A stretch of DNA of 64,000 bases from Octopus vulgaris (GCA_951406725.2 OX597828.1:53444001-53508000); one strand, 5' to 3'. Shown: positions 1 to 13,871, counted from the stretch's first letter. Notes: generated by a model not told the origin, from the letters alone. Numbers and translations: made by a program.

Positions 1-226
1 GGTCACTGCTGAAAAATCCGTCAGGCGGCAGAAAAATATTTTATGCGTGCGTGTGTTCGTCTAATCATGCCTTGTCAAAGAAACCCCCCGTCATCAAAAC
101 AAAACACCATTCGCCTACTGGGAGTAATTCCCCTTGCAATGGTTAATCATATTTCTCTTAAAAAGATTTTTCAAAATTTATTTCCAAGGGCTATTTTCAT
201 ATAAGTAGTGTAACCGGGTGCAGGTA

Positions 227-727
227 TTATTTATAAGCGTCATTTATAAGCAAGATAAGTATAACGCCGCCAATGGGGGCATCGAAAGCCGACTGTAAAA
301 GTCCGTTTACCATCCGGTCTCTGGCGAACAATATATGGAAAAGCTCGGAGACACAAAGGTTGCACTTCCTTCTGCCCCTATCAAATGGGAGGGCCACCGA
401 CAAAATTGACCATTCCAGCCTGTAGCTTGAGTTCGTATTCTTCAATCGCCATATTAGCTTGCTAAGTCCCGTGGTCTGGCATTTATTCACGTCGCGAAAA
501 GTTGCGTAATGGTTGGAGATTCGTAAGGCCAATTTTGACGATGAGGCCCCGACATATGAGTAGACATCTGAGTCCGTGTAAACCTTGCATTGGTAGACGG
601 CGTTTCTGATCTTGGAGTTCACCGACGTGAACCTTATTCTATTAGGATTAGTTTCTGAAATTAGAACTGCGTTACTGTTACTATATTTGTTGCGAGAACT
701 GCAGCCGCTTACTACTTTATTTTCCAC
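227..727 (-). mobile_element. Penelope-like element GIY-YIG endonuclease remnant
   Basis: ORF reads NAVYQCKV..YSYVGAS..LRISNHYATF..TGLSKLIWRLK..LEWSIL..CNLCVSEL, the GIY-YIG domain with the C-x-L-C-x-x-E motif of Penelope-like elements. A frameshift near ~300 gives CPHWRRY (cf. CRH motif). Confidence 0.85.
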
Positions 728-886
728 TAAGTATAATATTAAAATTCAATTATCCGCATCAACGCATGGTTGCAACACCATATGGTTGTACCTCCAACCG
801 TGCTGTCTTCTGCTGTGATTTTTGCTACCAAGGTATCGGTTAAACTTTTGATTAATCTGCAACAAGATTATTCATCTTTCTATTTC

Positions 887-922
<36 letters not shown>

Positions 923-1023
923 TTTTAAATGTTTCAGCCCGAAGGCTGCAGCCATGCTGGGGCATATATATATATGTATATATAACAAATTACTCTGCCG
1001 TTGTTTGACAACGTATGAGGGTT

Positions 1024-1420
1024 CTCTTTTACTCTTTTACTTGCTTCAGTCATTTGATTGCGGCCATGCTGGAGCACCGCCTTTAGTCGAGCAAATCGAC
1101 CCCAGGACTTACTCTTAGTACTTATTCTATCGGTCATTTTTGCCGAACCGCTAAGTTACGGGGACGTAAACACACCAGCATCGATTGTCAAGCGATATTG
1201 GGGGGACAAACACAGACATACAAACATGCACACACGCACACACACATATGTATGTATGTATATATAGCACGGGCTTCTTTCAGTTTCCGTCTACCAAATC
1301 CACATGCAAGGCTTTGGTCGGCCCGAGGTTATAGTAGAAGACACTTGCCCAAAGTGCCATGTAATGGGACTGAACCCTGAACCATGTGGTTTGTAAGCTA
1401 GCTACTTACCACACAGCCAC
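1024..1420 (-). mobile_element. tRNA-derived SINE family A (CORE-like)
   Basis: Reverse complement has the head GTGGCTGTGTGGTAAG..GGTTCAGTCCC (A/B boxes), a CORE-like GGGCAAGTGTCTTCTAC block, an internal TA/TG microsatellite and a (TAAAAGAG)n tail. About 20 copies in the window. Confidence 0.85.
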
Positions 1421-2074
1421 AGATGATTTGTTTATAGTGATCAAATGTTTGTGTAGACATAAGCTCACTCGCTCCATCAAATCGACATTACCTGTACAGG
1501 TGTACAGTTTCAAGACTTTGTTTGATTAAAAAGATTTTTCAGGCATCCCAAACGTAACTTGGAACTTTATAAACTTTATTTACGATGTGTCTTACACTGA
1601 ATTTTATGATCTCGAAATTCATTCAGGACAAGACACCAAGAAAATATTGAACTAATCTTCAGTAGTTATATCTATATACACACCCACACACACACACACA
1701 TACACACACATACATACTAGCATGTAATACTATACTCATGTATGTGTGAATACATATATATATATGTATATTACACACATATACACACATATACATAGAT
1801 ACATTTATATATATGTATATGTATATATATGTGTATATGTTGTGTGTATGTGAATGTGTGTATATGTATGTGTGTGTGAGTGTGTGTGCGTGTGTATATA
1901 AATTTGTTACTAGTTCAAGTAAACTGAAGAGGTATTCGAACTCGTAAGAAAACCATTCACTGTGTTTTGTTATAGAGAAAATTTCTCACTCTAGACAAAT
2001 GGATGTAAACATAGCAATCAGTATTCATACATACACGCGCACACACACGTACAGACACGCCCATATATATGTAT

Positions 2075-2210
<136 letters not shown>

Positions 2211-3020
2211 ATGGATATGCAAATATATGTATGTATGTATATATATATTACAAATTTTTGCCATCTTCAGTATCTATACAACAAAGATCGTATGTGTATG
2301 TGCGTGAGTGTGTTCATTTGTGTGTATGTACACAAACCTCTCATCATGCACACGTATATGAGTGTGTGTGTGTGCGTGTTGCAGTGTATGTGTGTGAGCA
2401 TTTGTGCTTGTGGATGGTACATATTCATGCATGTCTCTATAAACTTTAGATATGCTGTTTACACTAATATAATTTTCCTTAATACATCTACAATAAACCT
2501 ACAATGCATTCTCTATATTCGACTTTTGTGACGATCTTCTCCATTATAGAAAATATTTTCATAAAATATATCTAATTAATCTAGAATATTTCATTAAAAT
2601 ACTTAATTTATTTTATTCAAATCTGTTTTACTTGCATTACTAAACCGTTCCTTAATTCGCCCATTAAATTGAATTTAATAATTTTGATCTCTAAACTATA
2701 CTTAGCACTTACTGCACAACATTTCACCTTAACAAACACGCTCTCATCTTGCATGCCATCACACACGGTTTAAATCCTAATGCATCATTTGCTAAACATA
2801 TCAATTTATCGTAATTATATGCTTTAAAAAAGATATGTTCAATGTCTAATTAATATATAAGTTAGTGTATATGTGTGTACGTGGGTGTATGTATGTGAGT
2901 GTAGCATGCGCTTTTACCTTCATATGTATATATATGTATATGAGTGCACGTGCGTGTGTGTGTGTGCGTATATATATATGTATTTATAAATATATAAATA
3001 TGTATGTATATATATATACG

Positions 3021-3110
<90 letters not shown>

Positions 3111-3381
3111 TTCACACAAAGAATCTTGCAAGCCAAATACAAAAACAATATATATATATATATATTCGTACACACGCATACACACATATACACATAGTAA
3201 TTAATTAGATTGTATATACAAGTAAATGTGTGAATAATTATATAGAAAAATACATTGAGAAATAGATATAAGCGCATGCGCTCATTCACACAAAATTTAA
3301 TTCAGCAAATATATGTGTGAATATATACATATATTCATGTTTATATACACATATATATATTTAAATTACTTACACATACGC

Positions 3382-3592
3382 GCTGGCGTGGCTGTGTGGT
3401 ATGACAACCGGTGTTGGTGTGTTTACGTCCCCGTAAACTAGTGTTTCGGCAAAAGACACCGGTAGAATATGTACCATACTTAAAAAAAAAGGAAATATAA
3501 GTACTTGGGTCAATAAGTTCGACTAAAATATTTATGGCAGTGTCCCAGCATGGCTGCAGTCTAATGACTAAAACAAGTAACAGATAAAAGAC
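3382..3592 (+). mobile_element. SINE family A, internally deleted copy
   Basis: Head GGCGTGGCTGTGTGGTA is joined directly to TGACAACCGGTGTTGG..ACAAGTAA of the 3' half. Confidence 0.75.
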
Positions 3593-3593
3593 A

Positions 3594-3700
3594 TCCGTAT
3601 ATTTACGAACAAGAATATTATTGACAGTGACTTCGAAGTCTCGATTTACTAAGCAATCTCTGTTTAGATAAAATCTTTCCTGCGGTTGTGGGTTTCAGCG
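3594..3700 (-). mobile_element. possible decayed Penelope-like endonuclease N-terminal fragment
   Basis: Minus frame FYLNRDCLVNRDFEVTVNNILVRKYT resembles the L-N-G-x-C-L..Y-E-A-T-V..Y-I-G start of Penelope GIY-YIG domains. Confidence 0.3.
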
Positions 3701-4073
3701 GAGTTGAGTTAGTTTGTAGAGTGGATTGTGATGGAGAGGTGTTTTGGACAATTTTTAATTAAGTTGAAGTTTGTAAACAGGTGTGTATATTTAAGTGTGT
3801 AAGCTTCAGGTCATAGGGTTGCTTTTTAGTGGTTCAGAAAAAGGATGTTGGTAGGTATAACATTTCTTTTCTTTATTTTCTTTGTTTAGTTTTTAATTTT
3901 CATTTAATAAAAATTTTTGTCTCTTCTCAATCACATGACTTTGTAAATGGACAATTTGGTGTGTTTATTTTGATGGCTTACCAATGTATACAGTGCGTTT
4001 CTCTGCCGGAGGTGTCAAAAAGACACTCGGCAAGAAATAGAAACAGAATTGAAAGAAGTTGATAAAGAAAATG

Positions 4074-4204
4074 CTAATAATAATAATAATAATAATAATA
4101 GAAGAAGAAGAAGAAGAAGAAGAAGAAGAAGAAGAAGAAGAAGAAGAAGAAGAAGAAGAAGAAGAAGAAGAAGAAGAAGAAGAAGAAGAAGAAGAAGAAG
4201 AAGA
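4074..4204. repeat. (AAT)n-(GAA)n compound microsatellite
   Basis: Direct inspection; source of the poly-R/E/S ORFs. Confidence 0.95.
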
Positions 4205-4208
4205 ATTT

Positions 4209-4664
4209 GCTACAGCAAATATTCTGCTCAGTACCACAGACTTGCTTGTCAGTTGTTTGACCTTAACCAGTTGACCATGTCCTTTAGTGGCTGACGATAT
4301 GTGCATCTCTGATCACGAGCAGAAGTAGATGGGGAGCATCATAGTCATGTGTTAAGAGGGATTCTTTGGGGTTTGGATAATTCATCTTTGGAAACATGGA
4401 TGTTTCGATCAACATCCTTAAACAACCCTTATTCAAGGACATTTTCAGCGGGATGGGCTAGTCGACCAGAAAAAAATTCTAACTAGGCCCCACCTGCAAG
4501 GTCATGTGCTGTTTATTAAGATATGAGATCAACGTGTTGCGCACATACGGTTGTGATGCATGTACCTGATAAACCCTTATCAGACGAGTAGTCATGATGG
4601 GTATACTGGGTTTCGTATATGTTGTCCCAGTGTCATTTTGATGACATGCACTGCTCTCTCACTC
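4209..4664 (+). mobile_element. ~500 bp (AAT)n-tailed retroelement, copy 1
   Basis: Closely similar to 4696-5218 and 24157-24655; shared right end ..CTCACTC followed by (AAT)n. Confidence 0.8.
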
Positions 4665-4695
4665 AGTAATAATAATAATAATAATAATAATAATA

Positions 4696-5218
4696 TGGCT
4701 TCTGATCTTAACTGATTGGAAGTGTTATCATGTACATTGTTTTGTCTTGGTATAAAAGATGGGCTACAGCAAATATTCTGCTCAATACCACAGATTTGCT
4801 TGTCAGTTGTTTGACCATAACCAGTTGAGCATGTCCCTTAGTGGCTGACGATATGTGCATCTCTGATCACGAGCAGAAGTAGTGGGGGAGCATCATAGCC
4901 ATGTGTTGAGAGGGATTCTTTGGGGTTTGAATAATTCACCTCTGGAAACATGGGTGTTTCGTTCAACGTCCTTAAACAACCCTTATTCAGGGACCTTTTG
5001 AGCGGGATGGGTTACTCGATCTGAAGAAAATTCTAACTGGGCTCCACCTGCAAGGTCATGTGCTGTTTTTCTTGATATGAGATCACCATGTCGCGCACAT
5101 ATGGTTGTGATGTATGTGCCTGGTGTACCCTTATCAGACGGGTAGTCATGATGGGTATACTGGGCTTCGTATATTTTACCCCAGTGTCACTTTGATGGCA
5201 TGCTCTGCTCGCTCACTC
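4696..5218 (+). mobile_element. ~500 bp (AAT)n-tailed retroelement, copy 2
   Basis: Lies directly after the (AAT)n tail of copy 1 and has a longer left end. Confidence 0.8.
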
Positions 5219-5250
<32 letters not shown>

Positions 5251-5257
5251 TAATAAT

Positions 5258-5416
5258 AATAAAATTGTTGATGAAGTTGGTGACGAAAACGCTAATGAGA
5301 AAGGTCATGTCGACGGCGAGGACAACGACTTCTCTACCTTCTAAAATCCTCCGTTCTTCTTCTAGTTGTTACCAAAAATGACAGAATCCTTATGCGTCTT
5401 TGAAGAAGGTGAAACT
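5258..5416 (+). repeat. ~160 bp direct repeat, partner at 7216-7380
   Basis: AATAAAATTGTTGATGAAGTTGG..CTTCTCTACCTTCTAAAATC..ATGCGTCTTTGAAGAAG present in both. Confidence 0.85.
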
Positions 5417-5784
5417 GATGCTAGTCTTATGACTGATCGAAGCACGGCCACATCGTAGATACTGAGTCTTCTTACTTCCATTTTTTTTTTGTTCTTTCTT
5501 TTTATTAAGTTCAGCCTGTCCTAAAGTTAGTATCAAAATATTTTTGCAATAAATCCGAAAGATGTACAAGCGTTGAGTATTGTCATTCTGTAAATAACCC
5601 GACACGTCTTGGTTCCGAGCAAACCTCAGTCGTTTTGCGGCAATCATACAATATTGACTTTCAGCAAAACCTTCGGAAATGTTGTTGTCGTCGTCATCAT
5701 TATCATCTTCATCATCCACAAAACTTTTACAGAAGGCTTAAATGTAAATACATACATACATACATACATACATACATACATACA

Positions 5785-5880
<96 letters not shown>

Positions 5881-7126
5881 TCATATTTATTTCTTACTTT
5901 TTCTCATCTTTTCCGATCCCACCTCTAACGCCATAACATTTTGTCAGATGCGGGCGTAAAAAAATATTATTAGCGGAAGACACTAAATTAGACCGTCTTT
6001 GACAGAAGTCATAGGGTTAGAACTTACAGCTGATATGGTCAAGATTACTGCCTTGACAACACATCTAAAAAGATCACTGATCTGAGAAGCATCGAGTCAA
6101 ATAATTACCTTCATTTTCCAGAATGGTAATTCATTTTTCACTGGTTGTGTTGGTTGTATCTTCAAGTTGTTTTCTATTTTACGTTCGGCTCTTTTGCTTG
6201 TTTGTTTCTTTTCTTTCTTTTCTTTTCTTTCTTTTTCTTTCTTTTTTTTTTTTTTTGACAGAGGACACGGCAAATCAGCAATGTGATATGTCATATAAAG
6301 TCTCAATTACATCATAAAAAACACCATGTTGAAAGCGGTTTTAAAGTTGACAGTTTAAGGTCAACTTTTCGACGACCTTTAGATCAGGTCGGTGTCGTAT
6401 GGTAACGTAAACTCACCACATAAAGATGCCACTAGACTTCCTATATTTCTCCTTTTTGTGGTCGTAGTGGGCTGGTAGGAATTAACATATGATATCGAGC
6501 CTTTATTTCAAGATCGATATCAGTAAGCCACTTCGAAAAATAAGTTTTAGAATTTCTTTTTTGATCAAACAATTTCTGGTCTCATTTTTGTTAAAAGATG
6601 ATGTAAAATTATTGCTTGTAAGTATGCACTACATCCCACAGCAGATGAAATAATTTATTACGCATATGATGTGATGCACCGAGGTGACACAATCGACCGA
6701 GTAGTGTATTGGATTGTCCGCTCTCCTCTTCTAAGTTAAAATTCCCTGCTAGTATCCGTTATGATTCTGTGGCGAAGTGATAATGCTTCTGGGGAGAAGT
6801 CATTATGTTATCTCATTACAACTGATGTAGTTTTGTGGCATACATACATACAGTTGTTTCATTTTTTTTCTGGCGGTGTAAGCTAGTGCTTTCTTTGTCA
6901 GAGAGAGTTCATGTACTGGAAAAGTCGATATTTTAGATGAGCTTGCTATTAAACCGATATATTAAAACGTTTCATTATTCATCTCTAGTTGAATGACACA
7001 TTTACTAATTCACTAGTGATCCATGGGACACAAACAATTATTGCTACAATTACAGTTAACGACATTTTGGTTGGTATTACTTTCTATGTTCGAGTATGAA
7101 ACTGTTGTACGGAAACATGCAGGTAC

Positions 7127-7175
<49 letters not shown>

Positions 7176-7378
7176 ATTATACACATATGCAAAACATAGG
7201 TATATATAGAAGAAGAATAAAATTGTTGATGAAGTTGGAGACGAAGACGAAAACGATAATGAAAAAGGTGATGTCGACGGCGAGGAATACGACTTCTCTA
7301 CCTTCTAAAATCATCCGTTCTTCCTCAAGTTGTTATCAAAAATGACAGAATCTTTATGCGTCTTTGAAGAAGATCGAA

Positions 7379-7420
<42 letters not shown>

Positions 7421-7723
7421 AATAAATGCACATAAATATAGCCTTACCATTGTCTATCGATCTCTCTAGCAATTCAGAGAAACACAAACACTCGCTCACA
7501 CACACAGACACGTTTTAGTAAATATAATCGGCAGAAAGTTATGAATGTAGCTAAAGGATTAAAAGTTTTTTTTATCTTTGAGGCATATTTGTAAATTTCT
7601 ACTGATTAAAAATAATAAAAATAATACGTACATGTGCATTGGGTTCTCTCCTCATTAGATCCCGCTATTCCCCTCTCTCTATCTCTTTCTCACTCTTTCT
7701 ATCTGTCTGTCTGTTTGCCTGTA

Positions 7724-7773
<50 letters not shown>

Positions 7774-7795
7774 GCTAGCTAGCTAGCTAGCTATT

Positions 7796-7884
<89 letters not shown>

Positions 7885-7987
7885 GGAGAGAGATACATAC
7901 ATACAAACATACATGCATACATACATACATACATACATACATATACATGCATATATATATATATATGTATATTTATGTTCATATATA

Positions 7988-8025
<38 letters not shown>

Positions 8026-8558
8026 ATAATACATATATATATGTAATCATGCATATATATTCATATATACATATCTATATACATATATACACACATCCAT
8101 ACACATACATACATATATATATGAGCGTATGCATATAAACATATTTATTCATGGACACACACACATACAAACACACACACACACATACACATATATACAC
8201 ACAAGCAAGCACGCGCACACACATACGCGCAAACGCGCACACACGGAGGCAAACAAAAAAGGCACGCACACAGCAAAAGCACCCATACGACTACAAGCGT
8301 ACATACTCTGCACATTGAAAACCCTACATGTACATAAACATATCTAATTGAATATAATTTACTCTGATTTATTCAATCATTTTTCATTTCTTTACTTGTA
8401 ATTTTTTCCTACTTCAGGAAACTCCTTCTTTCCAGCCGATTACGTCGTCTGTATAGAACAATATGGCCGACAAATTGTTTACGGTATCGTCTGCTTCATA
8501 GAAAGAAAGAAGAAAACGCCTCACCACTCCAGATGTTCAGAGAGGGAGATAGATATAT

Positions 8559-8596
<38 letters not shown>

Positions 8597-8936
8597 AGAC
8601 AGAGGGAAAGAAGAGAGTGACGGTAAGAAGTGGGAAGGAAAAGAGAGGAAGAGAAGCAAAAAAAAAACTGTAAAAGAAAGGGGCAGTCAGAAAACTAGAT
8701 TGAAAAGATGAGGAGAGAAAGTTAAAATGGAGTTAAGAGAAGGTGAAAGAGAGACAGGGAGAGAATGCGATTGAAGGTGAGTGTAACAAAAAAAAAATTA
8801 GAACTGTGGGTGCCATGAGAATTGAGGTAGAGTTGCCGTGGGTTAGGCTCTTTTATGAATTTTTTTATATTTCTGAACGAGTTAAACAATAAACGATATA
8901 TATATTTGTGTGGTGTGTTTGTCAGTTTGCGTCGAA

Positions 8937-8978
<42 letters not shown>

Positions 8979-9315
8979 GTTCATATATGTATGTGTGTGT
9001 AATATAATATATATCATATATTTAATGATATAATACAATACATATGTTATATATAATCTAATAGTATGTATAATAGAATGCATACATATATAAAACATAT
9101 ACAGAACATAAATAGAGAGAGAGAGAGACATACATACAGACAGACAGACAGACAGACAGATCGAGAGAGACTGAATGAGAAAAAGAGTCAGAGGTAGGAA
9201 GTGATACCGATTGGGAAAGAGAAGGATATACCTATACATACAAATACACACACACACATACACACACACATACATACATACATACATACATACATACATA
9301 CATACATACATACAT

Positions 9316-9368
<53 letters not shown>

Positions 9369-9409
9369 CACACACACACACATTTATATATATGATGCAC
9401 TCTCTAAAG

Positions 9410-10370
9410 TGACGTCCCTCAGGGAATAATATTCGAGGCCATTAGTGTTTATAGTAGCTCTCTTAGACATACTCATGGTCATTCAGACAGCTACTCTCAC
9501 TAACTACACTGATTATACAAAGTTATCACAGGCAATAAAGAACCCTGACAATGTTGCAAGCTTATAGCGGGACCTAAGTGCAATACAGAAGTGGGCTGTA
9601 GAAAGCAACTTGCAGTTTAGTGCTGCAAAATTTCAAACACAGCACCATTAGCTCACAAATGCACCGCGACCTGCATATACAGGACACGAAGGCACTTCAA
9701 TCCCAGAATCATAGATTTGGGGTCATTATATGTAATTATGCATCATTTAATATGCAGATTACCAAAATGGCAACCAACTGGCTGAATGGATGCTAAGGTC
9801 CTTGAAGACAAGAGACCGAGAAGTCATGTTGATCCTGGGGAGGACATTTGTAGTCAGACACCTGAACTACTACTCCTAGCTATGGCCACCACATAGTGTC
9901 AAGCTAACGGCGGGGCTTGAAGCGGTCCAACGTCACTAATCTAACAAGATTGTAACAGTTCAGCAGGCGAGCTACAGGGAAAAGCTGAAAAAAGATCAAA
10001 TTTACTTCCTGGAGCGAAGACGCGACAGATATATAGTAATATGGAAAATTCTGGAAGGGCAAGTACCTAATTTCGGCATTGAATGCTATGATAATATCCG
10101 AAATGGACGCTATTGCATTGTACCAAAGGTACGGTCTACCTCATCTAAAGTCAAGACCAGATACTGCAATAGTTTAGGGTTCAAAGGCCCACAGTTCTTC
10201 AATACCCTGCCAAAATAATTAATAACCCTAAATAGTGTGGACGTATATGTCATCAGAAATGAACTGGACATTCTCCTGTCCACGGTACCAGATGAACCAA
10301 CGGCCGGGCATGAGGTACAAATGAGGGCAACACTGACAAACTCCCTCATACACCAAATGGACCTACAAGC
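9410..10370 (+). mobile_element. CR1/L2-group LINE, decayed RT C-terminal half
   Basis: Across frameshifts and stops: VPQGII..PLVFIVAL.D..TNYTDYTK (YADDTK site)..L*RDLSAIQKWAVESNLQF..KFQ..KTRDREVMLIL..LEAVQR..LERRRDRY..WKILEGQVPNFGI..FKGPQFFNTLPK..VPDEP..NSLIHQ. Confidence 0.9.
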
Positions 10371-10609
10371 AAAGAGTGGTGATATGAAAATATTGTAGCG
10401 GTTGCAGTAGATTCTATGTTAATAATAGGCAGCCAGCGCACCGGAACCTGGGATATTTATTGCTAAGGAAAAAAAAAAAACCAAACGGGGAACCGGCATG
10501 AAGTGGAAAATGAAATAAGGGCGAAAAGACCAAGGACCAAGTAAGATGAGGGAAATGAGTTACTTGTACGTGTTGGTTTGAAATATTTTAGTGCTTTTAA
10601 GATTCACTG

Positions 10610-10662
<53 letters not shown>

Positions 10663-11139
10663 AAGAATGAAAATACGGAGTCATGCGCATACGAAGCATA
10701 TCAGTACATACATATTGCCATATATAAGCAAATATACAACAAGCGCATATACACACATATACAACCATGTCTGTGAAAATATAGAGTTAACTTTTGTGGC
10801 TTCGGAATGTTTTGACTCCTATCTTTAGGGAAAAACGCCCTTGTTATATATAATTGTTTTATACACATCTATTAATTTTGCCTATACGGTTTTAGCTTGC
10901 GGCCACTAACATTAATACAGCTTATCAGTATTAATGTTCTTTGTATATTTTTACCAAAAAAAAAAAAAAAAATTGTATTCACTTGATTCGTTTTTTTTTT
11001 TTTCAGTGCGGCTGTGGCACTAAAACGAATACAGGAATTGGTTGAAAGTGATATATAAGAATTTGTTACTAATAAACTTGCCTGAGGAGAATTAAGCGTG
11101 TTAACTTTTGAAGCTTCGGAGTCTCTTGACTCCTATCTT

Positions 11140-11272
11140 TAGCAAAGCTGGTGAAATTGTAAAGATAATCTGGAACTCGACTGAGGATAGAAAACTCCGA
11201 ATGACCCATCCTTGTTTTCCTTGTACCGTCTGTCTGGATATTTTGCGTTCCTTGTCCTATTTGTGTATTTTA
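11140..11272 (+). repeat. short interspersed element 3' part, related to 43370-43706
   Basis: Shared GAAATTG(T/C)AAAGATAATCTGGAACTCGACTGAG..ATGACCC.TCCTTG..TGTCTGGAT, ending at (TA)n. Confidence 0.7.
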
Positions 11273-11285
11273 TATATATACACAT

Positions 11286-11347
<62 letters not shown>

Positions 11348-11629
11348 GTATATATGTGTATGTGTGTGTGTGTATACACACACATATATATTCCCAAATA
11401 CACACGCCCAAATATAGAAATATCTACGTTCTCGTTACATCTACATTAAAAAAAATAGAAGTTTGATATGCAGCTGCAGGTACATACACACTTAGACGTA
11501 AATCTTTGCAAGCGAACACCATCGTACGATATTAAAATATAGGTAAAATAACAGGTATATATATAAAAACATGCAGGCTTAAATACAGGTATGCATCTAT
11601 TGAAAGTTAATTAAAGGTAATGGTAAAAC

Positions 11630-11830
11630 GATGAGCTGGCAGAATCGTTAACCGCGCCGGGATAAATGTTTAGTGGCATTTCTTCTGACTCTACATTCTG
11701 TGTTCAAATGCTGCAGGGGTGGACTTTGCTTTTCATTCTTTCGATGTCGATGAAATAAATACCAGTTGAACACTGGGGTCAATGTAATGAACCCCGGAAT
11801 TGCTAACGTTGTAGCAAATTTGAAATCAAT
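11630..11830 (+). mobile_element. tRNA-derived SINE family B, diverged
   Basis: GAGCTGGCAGAATCGTTA..GTTCAAAT..GACTTTGCTTTTCATTCTTTCG..TACCAGTTGAACACTGGGGTC. Confidence 0.75.
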
Positions 11831-11984
11831 TAAAGACAATGACTGGAATAAGAGATCGTGCAACAAAAAACTGAAATGAGACTGATGAACAAAGTTATAT
11901 GCTTAATTAAAGCAACATACACTCATACGCACAAAAAAGCACTCACTCGTACATACATGTACGTCTAAGGTCGTTGGGCATATT

Positions 11985-12387
11985 TATTTTTACTTGTTTC
12001 GGTCATTTGACTGTGGCCATGCTGGAGCACAGCCTTTAATCGAGCAAATCGACCCCAGGACTTATTCTTTGGAAGCTATCGGTCTCTTTTTGCCGAACCG
12101 TTAAGTTACGGGGATGTAAACACACTAGCATCGGTTGTCGAGCGATGTTGGGGGGGGGGGGGGGGCAAACACAGGCACACAAACATACACACTCACACAC
12201 AAACACACACACACACACATATGCGACGGGATTCTTTCAGTTTCCGTCTACCAAATCCACTCACAAGGCTTTGGTCGGCCCGACGCTATAGTAGAAGACA
12301 CTTGCCCAAGTTACCACGCAGTGGGACTGAACCCGGAACCATGCGGTTGGTAAGCTAGTTACTTACCACACAGTCACTCCTGCGCCT
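11985..12387 (-). mobile_element. SINE family A, full length
   Basis: Matches the family from head GGCGCAGGAGTG to tail ACAAGTAAAA. Confidence 0.85.
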
Positions 12388-12668
12388 ATATATGCGTGTG
12401 TGTGGTGTGTGACTGTGTTAATGTGTGATACCCATCTATGTTGTTGTTCCGTCCTATGGTCAAACCAATGAGCAAAAGCGCTCTGCTCGTGACAGCTACG
12501 TCTTACTGGTGGCATAGTTTACCTCGGTCTATATTATTATATGTGCTCAACTTCTTTTTGAGGGATATTTGGTTGCTGTTTCTCGTAGGACGAACAACCA
12601 CACCGAGACACCCATGTGGAAAATTCATTGAGGCGTGTACATGTGTGTGTATGTGTGTGCGGGTGTGG

Positions 12669-12714
<46 letters not shown>

Positions 12715-13042
12715 AATGTGTGAGAAAAGTTTTAACTGTTTGTGTGAGCGTGAGAGCGTGAGTGAGAGTGTGAGAGTGAGTGCGAGAGTGGGAGAGGAGG
12801 GAAACAGACGAGTAGTGAGGGAGTTGAGAAAAGCACATAAAGAGAGACAGACAGACAGAGAAAGAGAGAGACAGAGAGAAAGAGACAGACAGACAGACAG
12901 ACAGACTGACAGACACAGATTGAACGATACGCTTAGGAGACGGTGTCGTCGTAGTGTTCCTGCGGAAAGGAGGTGTGAGAGTCATACACGCATATAAACT
13001 TAAGCCCACTCACACATACACACACAAATACACACGCACGCA

Positions 13043-13109
<67 letters not shown>

Positions 13110-13871
13110 TGTGTTTTCAGAAAGAGAGGTAGCAGTTGAATATGTGCCCGGTGAACCGTGATTACGTGGCTATTGAGCCGACTAATTGACATATCGTCCA
13201 TGAATTGAATAAACAGCGACGCACCGCCATCACTACTACCACCACCACCATCACCACTACTACTACTAACATCAACAAACTCTACCATTACAATAATCAC
13301 CACCCCACCACCACCACCACCACCACCACCACCACCACCACTACCACCACTACCACCACCACCACCACCACTACCACCACCACCACCTATAACGCCACCA
13401 CTATCACCACCTCTAAAACCTGCAGGCACCGTCATCACCACCATCACCACCACCACCACTACTGTCACCACAGGAATCCCTTTGATCCTGAGTCTACTAG
13501 ATCAGGCTTGACCTGGGGTTAACCAACGTCACCCCTATTACCATTCTGCTAGAAGTAGCAGCCGACACTCCCTCATATCACTCCCAGCGAAAATGTCGAA
13601 AATGTTAAGTCGTAGAAATTTTACGTTTGGAAACCTAGATGGAATGGCCATTGCTGGAAGTTTCCTTGAGGCTTCCATTAGGACAGACCTAGGGCTAAAC
13701 AACAATAACAGCAACAGTAACAATCACTTTCTTCTTCTTCTTCTTCTTCTTCTTCTTCTTCTTCTTCTTCTTCTTCTTCTTCTTCTTCTTCTTCTTCTTC
13801 TTCTTCTTTTTCTTCTTCTTTTTCTTCTTCTTTTTCTTCATCTTCTTTTTCTTCATCTTCTTCTTCTTCTT

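Noticed and set aside
6015-6075. Minus-strand GTCAAG/CTTGAC hairpin followed by CAGCTG-TA, hammerhead-like
   Set aside because: Both CUGANGA and GAAA are missing; too degenerate to call.
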